Source: an uncultured bacterium
Lineage (GTDB): Bacteria > Actinomycetota > Acidimicrobiia > Spongiisociales > UBA5794
NCBI GenBank assembly: GCA_963801165.1
Contig: CAWDDT010000003.1
Span: forward strand, 1 to 64,000
Direction: 5' to 3'
DNA: 64,000 bases
In this document: piece by piece, positions 53,445-62,766 of the stretch
Numbering within the stretch: the stretch's first letter is position 1
Layout of the letters: every line of letters begins with the position of its first letter
Position numbers and translations under genes: made by a program
The notes under the pieces: generated by a model
What the model was told of the DNA's origin: nothing
The model's database searches: none
The model's input: only the letters and a program-made list of their open reading frames with translations

Positions 53445-55286
53445 TCAAGGGCGTGCCGCGAGCGGTCGCGGCTCGATCCCCAACTCGCTCATTCGATCCG
53501 AATAGCGCTGGTATTGACGCTGCGCCTCCCCAAACCGGCCATTCGTCTGGAGAATCGAAATGATCTCGAGATATGCGCTTTCGTCCCAGGGGTCGAGATC
53601 GAGAAGGGTGAGCCCGGCTCGCAACGCCCGGTCCACCTCGCCATTTGCCCGAGCCTCCCCGACGATCCGGCGCAACAGATCTGAGTACGCCGTACGAACT
53701 TCGTCACGAGCCGGCTGAGACCAGTCCTCATAGATGTCCTCCGCCATGAACTCGCCGGTGTACAAACGCTCGACGACTTCGAGTTGGTGTGTGGTTGGAT
53801 GCGTCTCTGCACCGGTCAGACCGGCGATCGCGTCGAGGAAACGCTCGCTGTCCACGGTTACGTGGGAAAGCTCGAGGGCGATGGCCGTTCCGTCGGATCG
53901 CACGAAATGGTCGGAGGCATATCTCTTGTCTGGATCCAGCACGCCACGCAGCGTCGCCAACGCCACGGAAAGCCTGTTCGACAATGCATCGATCGGCTCG
54001 TCAGACCAGAGTATCTCCATCAGTACGTCCTTGGGTACCGCTCTCCCACGTCTCGCGATGAGCACCTTCAGCAGCGTGCGGGCTTTCTTCGACTGCCACG
54101 CGGACGCTCCGAGCAGCTCCCCGTCCCGAAACACCCGGAAGCCACCAAGCACCCTGACCGCTATCCCGGGTGGCTTTAGCGAGGGTGGATCATCAGCGGG
54201 CAGAGCCGCCGCATTGGGGTCCGGGCGGAACAGATCTGAGCGTCGATACGCGAGCCGGCCGACCGTGACTTGGAGTCTCCGTCGCAACGGGCCGAGGGTG
54301 AGCCCGACCACTGCCGTAGCGAGCGTCGCCAGCGCAAGGTTGGTACGCATCCGGTACCCCACAATCGCGCCGATGGTTGCCACGATCACCACGTACACGA
54401 GGGTGACGAAGCCCGTGAGTGCACCGACCACGAGGGTCTTCGAGATGAACAGGTCGATGTCGTACAGGCGATAGCGAAGGACGGCGAGTCCGATGGACAG
54501 GGGTATGGCGACGAGTGGCACTGTGTTGAGGATGCTCACGACCCCGTCTGCTGCGCCTGCTGCCCCGGCGATTGTTGCCACCAGATACCCCAACAGCACC
54601 ACGACCGCGCCCAGAAGCACCCAGCCGGTCTGTAGCCGCTGCTCCGATCTAGCGCGGCGAAAGCGCACGAGCAGCGAGGCCAGACCACCCAGTTGAGCGA
54701 TGACGACCAGCACACCGGCTATACCTCCGAGAGCATCAGGTAGCGCCCGGCGAATAGGGCTCGCCAGCGAATCGACACCCAGCATTGGTCCCGGCTGAAA
54801 TGCGAGGTTGGCAAACAACAAGACACCCGAAGCCACAGAGAGGGCGACCACGTAGCGCCATCGCGATGAGAGGACCTGGCCATCCGGGAAGAGAACGAAG
54901 AGCAGCGGAACCATCGCCAGAATCGGCGCGATCGCCCAGGTCAACAGCCATGCTGCCAATGTCGCACCGGGTAGCGTGCCGTGACCTGCGAAGACCACGT
55001 GTGTCACGTAGCCCTCGTACAGAAGGCCCAGCTCGAACTGAAGTCCGATCCCGAGAAGGAGCCACCCCACCGGGTTGCGCGAGATGCGGCGAGCGACCAC
55101 GGATCCGACGGCGACAAACGAGGTCATTGTCAGTGTGAGGACGACGTCGCCAGTCGAGGCATGAAGGCCACCGGGTGCGGCAACGTGCCAATTGGCTAAC
55201 TGAAACCCGAGCGCACCGATCGCGGCGAGAGCACCGACGCCGGCAACGGCCGTGGCGACGGCAGCCGGACGGCCCTGCGTCACCAA
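53445..55286 (-). CDS. Polytopic membrane sensor fused to a winged-helix/BTAD (SARP-like) output
   Basis: NPVGWLL, LFPDG, RYRLYDID TM module; VLGGF, KARTLL..LW, TVDSERF, LYTGEF, LDPWDESAY. Confidence 0.8.
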   Translation of the reverse strand: MVTQGRPAAVATAVAGVGALAAIGALGFQLANWHVAAPGGLHASTGDVVLTLTMTSFVAVGSVVARRISRNPVGWLLLGIGLQFELGLLYEGYVTHVVFAGHGTLPGATLAAWLLTWAIAPILAMVPLLFVLFPDGQVLSSRWRYVVALSVASGVLLFANLAFQPGPMLGVDSLASPIRRALPDALGGIAGVLVVIAQLGGLASLLVRFRRARSEQRLQTGWVLLGAVVVLLGYLVATIAGAAGAADGVVSILNTVPLVAIPLSIGLAVLRYRLYDIDLFISKTLVVGALTGFVTLVYVVIVATIGAIVGYRMRTNLALATLATAVVGLTLGPLRRRLQVTVGRLAYRRSDLFRPDPNAAALPADDPPSLKPPGIAVRVLGGFRVFRDGELLGASAWQSKKARTLLKVLIARRGRAVPKDVLMEILWSDEPIDALSNRLSVALATLRGVLDPDKRYASDHFVRSDGTAIALELSHVTVDSERFLDAIAGLTGAETHPTTHQLEVVERLYTGEFMAEDIYEDWSQPARDEVRTAYSDLLRRIVGEARANGEVDRALRAGLTLLDLDPWDESAYLEIISILQTNGRFGEAQRQYQRYSDRMSELGIEPRPLAARP

Positions 55287-55589
55287 TCACCCCTGGCGTC
55301 GCACAACGCGGCCGTCACACCGAGCCACCTGAAACACGTTGTCCTGGTTGCGATGGCCGGATGCTAGCCGTCAGCGACGGGGAATCTCGCGCCTGTCGCA
55401 GGGGTCTGGTCGGCGGCGAATTCCAGCCGGTCTGGCTTCCGGCGGTGACGAGGTCCACCGAGGCCTGGGCGCGTTGACGTGGAGCTGGCGCACCCATGCG
55501 TCGTGCGGCCACGCCCGTCTCCAGCCTGCTCCGGACTCGCTACCGTCGCGGATTCCCCGCGCGCGCCGTGCTGGACTGGAGCGACGTTC

Positions 55590-55991
55590 ATGCCTTTCAC
55601 AAACGAAGACCGCAACGTGATCACGGACCTGATCAGTATGCACGGTCACCTCACCGATCGCGGTGAACTCGACCGGCTGAGCGAGGTCTTCAGTGACGAT
55701 GTCATATACGACGTGAGTGATCTCGGGCGCCCTGCCATAGGTGGCCTTGACTCGCTGATCGCTGCCGCTGTCGCTCTTGGTGACAACAACCCGATTGCGC
55801 ACCACGTCACCAACGTCGTTGTTTCGCAAGTCGATGAGGATCACGCAACGGCTCTGTCAAAAGGTCTGGGTATCAACGCCGATGGCACGATTGGGAGTGT
55901 CACTTACGAAGACCTGCTCGAACGGACGGACTTGGGTTGGCGTATCACGCACCGAAGCGTGCGGCTTCGCCGGAGCCCGCTCCAGCCATAG
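55590..55991 (+). CDS. SnoaL-like/NTF2 protein
   Basis: HHVTN, YED...GWRI..R. Confidence 0.8.
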   Translation: MPFTNEDRNVITDLISMHGHLTDRGELDRLSEVFSDDVIYDVSDLGRPAIGGLDSLIAAAVALGDNNPIAHHVTNVVVSQVDEDHATALSKGLGINADGTIGSVTYEDLLERTDLGWRITHRSVRLRRSPLQP

Positions 55992-56034
55992 CTCCTCGGC
56001 TGAGGCTCTCGACCGGTACGAGGCCAGCCGTCAC

Positions 56035-56934
56035 TCACCACGTGACCTCGACACAACTCTGATGTGTCTCCGGCTCGACCTGGACGGCGGCATGAGCGAT
56101 GCCGTGCTCGTTGCGCAACGTGTCGGTGGCGTGATCGATGATGTCATGAGTGTCGGCGTTGGGTGCCGCGGTGAGGTGAACCGTGGCCACGTCCATCTCC
56201 GAGGTGAGCGTCCAGACGTGCAGGTCATGGACGTCCTGAACACCGGGGATGGCGCCGAGCTGTTGCCGGAGCCTGGTGATGTCGAGTCCCTCCGGCGCCG
56301 CCTGGATGAGGATGCGAACCGCCTTGCGGCCCAACCGCCAGGCACGGGGCAGGATGAACAGCCCGATACCGGCGCCGAAGATGGGGTCGGCATAGGACCA
56401 TCCTGTGAACCGGATGATCAATGCGGCAACGATGACGGCAACGGACCCGGCGAGGTCGGCGATGACCTCGAGATAGGCGCCGGCGACGTTGATCGACTCC
56501 GCGGCGCCGGCCCGTAGCAGCCTCCAGCCGGCGAGGTTGACCAGAAGTCCCACGACGGCGACCACGAGCATCGGTCCGGAGAGGACCTCGGGCGGATTCT
56601 CCAGCCTGCCGGCGGCTTCATAGATGACATACCCGGCGACTGCGAACAACAAGACCGCATTGGCGAGGGCCGCGAGTACCTCCAGCCGGTACAGCCCGAA
56701 GGTGCGTTGGCCTTCCCGTTCGGCCCGATCGGCGGCGACGATAGCCGCCAGCGCCATGCCTAGACCCAACGCATCCGTCGCCATGTGGCCGGCATCCGAG
56801 AGCAACGCCAACGAGTGTGTGAGGAAACCGGTGACTACCTCGATGACCATGACGAGCAGCACCAGGATGAACACCGACCAGAGACGGGGTCGATGGCGGG
56901 AACCTGCTCGTGGCGTTGGATGGTGGCCGCTCAT
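56035..56934 (-). CDS. Cation diffusion facilitator (CzcD-like)
   Basis: SLALLSDAGHMATD, TFG.YRLE, VHDLHVW. Confidence 0.9.
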   Translation of the reverse strand: MSGHHPTPRAGSRHRPRLWSVFILVLLVMVIEVVTGFLTHSLALLSDAGHMATDALGLGMALAAIVAADRAEREGQRTFGLYRLEVLAALANAVLLFAVAGYVIYEAAGRLENPPEVLSGPMLVVAVVGLLVNLAGWRLLRAGAAESINVAGAYLEVIADLAGSVAVIVAALIIRFTGWSYADPIFGAGIGLFILPRAWRLGRKAVRILIQAAPEGLDITRLRQQLGAIPGVQDVHDLHVWTLTSEMDVATVHLTAAPNADTHDIIDHATDTLRNEHGIAHAAVQVEPETHQSCVEVTW

Positions 56935-57314
56935 GGCCGAGCCCTGTCATGGTCGTGGAGGTAGTGCTCTATGGCGACGTCGAGCAGCAACCTGACGTGG
57001 TTGTCGTCGACCCGGTAGTAGACCGTTCGACCGTCCTTGCGGGATCGCACTAGCCCGGCGAGGCGGAGCTGGCGCAGCTGGTGGCTGGTCGCCGACTCCG
57101 ACACATCGACCGCCGCCGCCAGGTCGCCGACACACAACTCGCCCGCCTCGAGCAGTGCGTAGATCATGCGAACTCGACCGGGATCGGCGAGCAGCTGGAA
57201 GCGCTCCGCCAGAGCAGCCGCTTCCCCGCCGGTGAGCAGCTCGGAACGGGCGGTCTCGACTCGTCCGGGATCGACAGCGCGACCCCGGTTCCCTGGTGGG
57301 TCTTTCTCGGTCAT
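56931..57314 (-). CDS. Metal-responsive ArsR/SmtB regulator
   Basis: ELCVGDLA, SHQLR, DDNHV...EH alpha5 site. Confidence 0.9.
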   Translation of the reverse strand: MTEKDPPGNRGRAVDPGRVETARSELLTGGEAAALAERFQLLADPGRVRMIYALLEAGELCVGDLAAAVDVSESATSHQLRQLRLAGLVRSRKDGRTVYYRVDDNHVRLLLDVAIEHYLHDHDRARP

Positions 57315-57334
57315 GTCACCATCATAGGCACACC

Positions 57335-57356
57335 TGAACAGATATACATATGTTCA
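57335..57356. promoter_or_regulatory. SmtB/CzrA-like operator
   Basis: TGAACAGATATACATATGTTCA inverted repeat. Confidence 0.7.
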
Positions 57357-57415
57357 TATACCGTTGTTCGATCGTGCGAAGACACATCCCGGTAGCCTCA
57401 CGGTCAGGAGGTCGC

Positions 57416-58180
57416 GTGGCTGTTCCCGATATCGAGGTCGTGCTGGAGCGCATCGAGGGTGTTATCACTGAGACCGAGCGAGCGCGCAGCCGTGCCGGGT
57501 ACTTCGCCGCGATGTACCGCAAGGTGACGGTCGCCGTTCGAGACGCGATCGTCGCCGGCCGCTTCGACGACAACGACCGGATGGCGCGCCTCGACCGGGT
57601 CTTTGCTGAGCGATACCTCGACGCGTATGACCTATGGCGTGATAGCGGGCACCCGACCACGGCATGGCAGATGGCGTTCGACGCCAGCCTGCGGTGGAGA
57701 CCCATCATCATCCAGCACCTTCTCGTCGGCATGAACGCCCACATCAACCTGGATCTGGGTATTGCGGCAGCTACCGTGGCTCCCGGCTCCGAGCTGGCAG
57801 GCCTCCGCTCTGATTTCGATCTGATCAACAACATCCTCGGCGAACTCGTGGACGGTTTCATGGATGCAGCCGACGAGGTCTCGCCGTGGGTCGGGCTTCT
57901 CGACCGCTTTGGGGGCAGGACCGATCAGACGCTGGTCCGATTCAGCATCGAGATCGCCCGGCGTAGGGCCTGGGAGCTGGCCGTGCAACTGGCAAACGCC
58001 GCTCCCGACGCTTGGGGCGGGATCATTGCCTCCCGGGATACGGCGACCGCCGAATTGGCTGGGGCCATCCTGGCTCCGGGTCCTATCCTCCCGGCGGGCC
58101 TTGTCCTCATCCGGCTTCGTGAGAGCAACGACGTTGCGCGGGTGATCGAGGTACTCGGCGCCGACAGGTCTCGCGGATAG
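57416..58180 (+). CDS. DUF5995-like protein
   Basis: GYFAAMYRKVT, GMNAHINLDL; AGGAGG RBS. Confidence 0.8.
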   Translation: MAVPDIEVVLERIEGVITETERARSRAGYFAAMYRKVTVAVRDAIVAGRFDDNDRMARLDRVFAERYLDAYDLWRDSGHPTTAWQMAFDASLRWRPIIIQHLLVGMNAHINLDLGIAAATVAPGSELAGLRSDFDLINNILGELVDGFMDAADEVSPWVGLLDRFGGRTDQTLVRFSIEIARRRAWELAVQLANAAPDAWGGIIASRDTATAELAGAILAPGPILPAGLVLIRLRESNDVARVIEVLGADRSRG

Positions 58181-58233
58181 CCGGCGCCTGTCGACGGACC
58201 GCAGAGAAACGCAGCGACCTGGACCGTGTGTCT

Positions 58234-59685
58234 CTAATCCGGACCGATCTCGATGTGCGGTGGCTCCCTCCACAACCGGGCGGCTTGGCGCCCCATGGCC
58301 TGTCGGAGCTCAGAGGAACCGGCGAGATCGCCGAGCAAGCCGTGTTTCGCAAACGCCCAAGATGTGAAGCCGCCGGGACCGAGTGGCCGCGGTAGATCGC
58401 CGAGTACGCGGTCGAGCCGGTCGTCTGCGACGGCGAGCGCGGACCGGTCGGGCCCAAACATGACCCAACCCCATGCGGCGATAACGAGGGCGAGCCCGTC
58501 AACCGGTCGCTTCGACTCGAGACACGTTCGCAAGGTGGGTAGCACCCGCTGTTGCAACTTCAGGCTGCCGTCTGTCGCCACTTTCGTCGTGGTGTATCCC
58601 AACGCCGGCTCGGCAAAACGAGCGAGGGCGCTATCCGCGTAGCGGGCCGGGTCTATACCCGGTGGTGCTACAACGCTGGGAACGATCTCCTCATCGACGA
58701 TCCGCCTGATCCTCGTAGCGAGCCGCGGATCGGCTACGGCGTCGCTGATCATTGCATGGCCCAACCGGAGCCCGAGATAGGCGAAGGCGGAATGGAGACC
58801 GTTGAGCACGTGGAGCTTCAGCCGCTCGTGCGTACCGGTCTCGGTGACGATCTCGACGCCCACCTCCTCCCAGGGTCGAACCGCTGCACTGTCCTGTACC
58901 ACCCACTGACGGAACGGCTCGGTGAGGATCGGCAACTCGTCTTCGGCCCCGAGACTGCGATTGACGGTATCTACCGTTGCGGGCGTGATGGTCGGAACCA
59001 TACGGTCCACCATCGTCGAGCAGATCACGGCATCCATAGATATCGACCTTGCCAGCGATGATGACTGCTCTGCGGCGAGCTGGGTCAGCAACGTACGGGT
59101 CACCGTCCCGTTATCGACGATGTTGTCGCAGGGAATTATGACGAGGGGAGGCCGTCGCTCGGCGAGTCGACGCGCCACGGCAGCCACCAGTAGCCCCGGC
59201 ATCGTGCGTGGGGATGTTGGATGTTGGATATCGTGGATGACGTTGGGGAGGGTCATGTCGAGAGACCGTGTCTCATCGGACCAGCAATAGCCCGCCTCCG
59301 TGACGGTGATCGTGACCATCTCCACCGACGGATCGGCGAGACGAGCTATCGCCGCCCGGGGATCTGCCGGCACGAACACCGTGTCCCGTAGCGAGCCGAT
59401 CACACGCGGGGCGAGGCCGTCGCGGGTCACCTCGGTTACCGAATAGAGGAGATCCTGGGGCGCCAGAGCATCGATGACACGGGGACTCCGCATCGAGAAG
59501 CCGATTATCGCGCCCTTCTGTGACCCCCCCGCCAACAGATCGTCTGCGTAGACGGCCTGATGGGCACGATGGAAGTTGCCCACGCCGATATGGGCGTGGC
59601 TGACCGTCTTCGAGCTGCGGTCGTATTCCGGAGCGACCACGTTCGAGGGGAGGTATTCGAGCGACGATGTGGTGAGACGTGGCAT
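58234..59685 (-). CDS. Mannitol dehydrogenase family (fructuronate reductase/UxuB-like)
   Basis: HIGVGNFHRAHQA, TVTEAGY, CDN, MVDR, EPFRQWV, KL..LNG.H. Confidence 0.88.
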   Translation of the reverse strand: MPRLTTSSLEYLPSNVVAPEYDRSSKTVSHAHIGVGNFHRAHQAVYADDLLAGGSQKGAIIGFSMRSPRVIDALAPQDLLYSVTEVTRDGLAPRVIGSLRDTVFVPADPRAAIARLADPSVEMVTITVTEAGYCWSDETRSLDMTLPNVIHDIQHPTSPRTMPGLLVAAVARRLAERRPPLVIIPCDNIVDNGTVTRTLLTQLAAEQSSSLARSISMDAVICSTMVDRMVPTITPATVDTVNRSLGAEDELPILTEPFRQWVVQDSAAVRPWEEVGVEIVTETGTHERLKLHVLNGLHSAFAYLGLRLGHAMISDAVADPRLATRIRRIVDEEIVPSVVAPPGIDPARYADSALARFAEPALGYTTTKVATDGSLKLQQRVLPTLRTCLESKRPVDGLALVIAAWGWVMFGPDRSALAVADDRLDRVLGDLPRPLGPGGFTSWAFAKHGLLGDLAGSSELRQAMGRQAARLWREPPHIEIGPD

Positions 59686-59864
59686 GACGCAGTGTGCGGG
59701 TTTGGGCGACAGGCCCAGTTCCTCTCGTGTGAATGACGCGGGGGAGCGCCGTCTGGCGATACGAGGATACGACGCATGAACCGGAAGACACACGCAGCGG
59801 CTCACCGCCGCTACGGGATACACTCAGCACGTCAATCCACGGCGACTTGGAGCGTGCAGCCATC

Positions 59865-61694
59865 ATGAGGCATCTCAGGATCGTCGTCGCCGGCGTCGCC
59901 GGCTCCGGCAAGACGGTGGTGGGTCGGGAGGTCGCGGCCCGGATGGGAGCCGCATTCCTCGACGGCGACGCGGTGCACCCGGCGGCGAACGTCGCCAAGA
60001 TGTCATCCGGTATTCCCCTCGACGACGACGACCGGTGGCCGTGGCTGGCGACGCTGCGCAGGCGTCTTCGCGGTCAAGAGAACCTTGTTGTCGCCTGCTC
60101 GGCTCTGCGACGGGATTATCGCGACATGTTGCGTGGCGCGGGGGACGTTCGCTTCCTGTTCCTCGACATCGATCAGGAGACCGCGACCCGAAGGGCCGAC
60201 CACCGGGAGGGTCACTTCTTCAGTGGCGCGGGCATGATCGCAAGCCAGTTCGCCACGCTGGAGATGCCGGACCCCGATGAGACCGACGTGGCCGTCGTGG
60301 CGGCCGACGGAAAGTTGGAGGACGTGGTCGAGGCCGCTATCTCGGCGGCCAGATCTGTGAGCCCGGGCACGGCGGCGATGCCGGTACTGGCAGACGGTTC
60401 GGCGGGCCGCCGGATCACCTCCGGCGAGCTGCAGAACCATCTCTCGTCGCTCGTGGGCACCCAGATCCTCGGATGTGATGCCCGGCGCGTCCTGCTAGTG
60501 CCCCCGGACCACACGAGGCTTCATTCGAGGGCGGGGGAGATCACGGGTCTGCTGTTCGAGAGACTCGAGACCGAAGGATGCGAAGTCGCGGTGCTCCCGG
60601 CGACAGGTCTTCACGCCGAGATGACCGCCGGCGACGCAAGGCTGCTGTTCGGTGATCGAGTTCCCTTCGACCGGATCGTCCACCATCGTTGGCGCGAAGG
60701 GCTCGTCGGGGTCGGTGAGATCGGAGCGGAGGAAGTCGCCGTTCTCTCAGACGGTCTTTACGCCGATCCGATACCGGTGGAAGTCGACCCGGTGCTCCTG
60801 GACGGATGGGACCTGGTGGTGTCGGTTGGTCAAGTGGTCCCGCATGAGGTCACGGGGATCGCCAACTACACCAAGAACATCGTGGTCGGTCTCGGCGGAG
60901 CGTCCACCGTGCAACGAAGTCACTTCCTGGGAGCGTTGGCGGGCATGGAGCGGATCATGGGACGTTCCGCCAACCCCGTTCGGGACATGATCGACGCCGC
61001 CTTCGATCGATGCATCGCACCCGCGGTCGACGTGCTCTTTGTGCTCACGGTCATGGAAGACACCGCAGACGGTGTTGTCCAGCGCGGTCTTTACGCAGGC
61101 AGGGGTGGCTCGGCCCGCTCGGGAGGTGCCGCGTTCCGGATGGCCGCCGACCTGGCGATAGCGTGCAACGTCGACGTGACCAATGAGCTCTCCCGGGTGG
61201 TGTGCTGGCTCGATCCTGACGAGTTCCGCAGCACGTGGCTGGGCAACAAGGCGATCTACCGCACCCGAATGGCTATTGCCGACGGGGGTGAGCTGCTGAT
61301 CCTGGCGCCGGGGGTCGGCCGTTTTGGCGAGAGCCCGCGCATCGACGCACTCATCCGCCGGCACGGGTATCGAGGAGCCGAGGCGACTCTGGCTGCCATG
61401 GAAGCCGATCCGGAGCTTGCGGCGAGCCCGGGAGCCGCCGCTCATCTCATTCACGGGAGCGCCGAGGGAAGGTTTCGTATCGTCTATGCCACTGAGCCGT
61501 CGAACGGCGGGCTCACCCGGGAGGAGGTGGAGAGCGTCGGGTTCGAATGGAGAGATCTCCACCGTGAGATGGAGCGGCTGGGCGTGGACGGGTCGACGGC
61601 GACGGGTGCCAGGCGGAACCCGGACGGCGAGGTGCTCCACTTCATTGCAAACCCCGCGCTCGGCTTGTGGGCAACGGCTGAGCGTCTTGGCTGA
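59865..61694 (+). CDS. Gluconokinase fused to a LarA/DUF2088-family (GntE-like) epimerase
   Basis: N-terminal GVAGSGKT, HPAANVAKM..G.PL.D.DR.PW, ACSALR, SQFATLE; C-terminal PPDHTR, VVPHEVTGIANYTKN, STWLGNKAIYRTR, AHLIHGS. Confidence 0.85.
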   Translation: MRHLRIVVAGVAGSGKTVVGREVAARMGAAFLDGDAVHPAANVAKMSSGIPLDDDDRWPWLATLRRRLRGQENLVVACSALRRDYRDMLRGAGDVRFLFLDIDQETATRRADHREGHFFSGAGMIASQFATLEMPDPDETDVAVVAADGKLEDVVEAAISAARSVSPGTAAMPVLADGSAGRRITSGELQNHLSSLVGTQILGCDARRVLLVPPDHTRLHSRAGEITGLLFERLETEGCEVAVLPATGLHAEMTAGDARLLFGDRVPFDRIVHHRWREGLVGVGEIGAEEVAVLSDGLYADPIPVEVDPVLLDGWDLVVSVGQVVPHEVTGIANYTKNIVVGLGGASTVQRSHFLGALAGMERIMGRSANPVRDMIDAAFDRCIAPAVDVLFVLTVMEDTADGVVQRGLYAGRGGSARSGGAAFRMAADLAIACNVDVTNELSRVVCWLDPDEFRSTWLGNKAIYRTRMAIADGGELLILAPGVGRFGESPRIDALIRRHGYRGAEATLAAMEADPELAASPGAAAHLIHGSAEGRFRIVYATEPSNGGLTREEVESVGFEWRDLHREMERLGVDGSTATGARRNPDGEVLHFIANPALGLWATAERLG

Positions 61695-61891
61695 AGAAGC
61701 CAGGTGCCGGTATACCGAGGGCGCCCGGCCGTAGGGAACGCTCGTATCGTCACCGACACGGACCGGGTCGCGTCCACGTCATAGGTACCTACGGCAGGTC
61801 ACGCGGAACGGTGCTGTCGAGGGGCGGAAACGTTGTCGACTGTGGCACGCTTCTGCGCGAGGATTCGGTGTTCGGATGAAGGAGGATCGTC

Positions 61892-62653
61892 GTGGACGAG
61901 TCGCAACAATCGTGCTCCGGTGGCCGGGTGGTGGAGCGGAACCGGTACTTCGACGGCAAATTGATGACTGCGGACGATTTTGCCGCTGAGCAGGCGTATT
62001 TCCTGGATCGATCCCGCGCCCATAACCGGTTGCATGGCTCCGGCACCGTGTGCGGTCTGGCCGTGACGGCGACCGACCCTCCCTCGGGTGCGGTGGTGGT
62101 TGCGCCGGGTGTGGCACTCGACCGCTGCGGTCGGGAGGTCATCCTCACTGAGTCTGTCGTTGTGGACGTGGGCGCGATTGCAGCGAAGCCCAAACACGGT
62201 GACAAGGTGTTTCTTACAGTGCGTTACCACGAGGAGGGGATCGCCCCGGCTCCAGCGTTGGCCGGCCACGAGGGGGAGAACACCGAACCAGGGCGACTCC
62301 GGGAGGTGCCGCGGTTCGAGGTGGTCGGCGAGCCCCCACATGATGTGGCAACTGCCCACAAACGAGGTCGGGTGGGTGGTGTAGCGCCACGTCCGGCCTG
62401 CGTGGAGCCGGTAGTCACGCTTGCCGGGATCGACCTGTCAAAAGGGGGACCGCTGACATTGGATCAGATCGACAATACGGTGCGCGGCTACGTGTCTCCT
62501 GGCTCATCGCACGAGGACCCGGCCGCCGGGATGACCGGTGGAGAGGATGCGCTCCGTCAGGTGAGCAGACTGGAGCGTCGAATCAAGGCGCTATGGGGTG
62601 GAACGGCTGGGCTCATGGCGATCGCCGCATGGTTGCTGCTTCGGCGCCGCTGA
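61892..62653 (+). CDS. Hypothetical protein with a contractile-injection-system-associated N-terminal motif and C-terminal TM anchor
   Basis: RNRYFDGKLMTADDFAAEQAYF...HNR.HG.G.VCGL.V...V.PG.ALD.CGRE; ends hydrophobic plus RRR; AAGGAGG RBS. Confidence 0.65.
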   Translation: MDESQQSCSGGRVVERNRYFDGKLMTADDFAAEQAYFLDRSRAHNRLHGSGTVCGLAVTATDPPSGAVVVAPGVALDRCGREVILTESVVVDVGAIAAKPKHGDKVFLTVRYHEEGIAPAPALAGHEGENTEPGRLREVPRFEVVGEPPHDVATAHKRGRVGGVAPRPACVEPVVTLAGIDLSKGGPLTLDQIDNTVRGYVSPGSSHEDPAAGMTGGEDALRQVSRLERRIKALWGGTAGLMAIAAWLLLRRR

Positions 62654-62766
62654 AGCTCTGTGCCTGGAATGCGGCCTTCCCGGCGTGCTTGCGCTAGGGG
62701 ATCATCGACGCGGCCCGATACAGCCCGGGCATGCGGTTGTCGGGACGGCACCGCTCGCTGCTCGCG

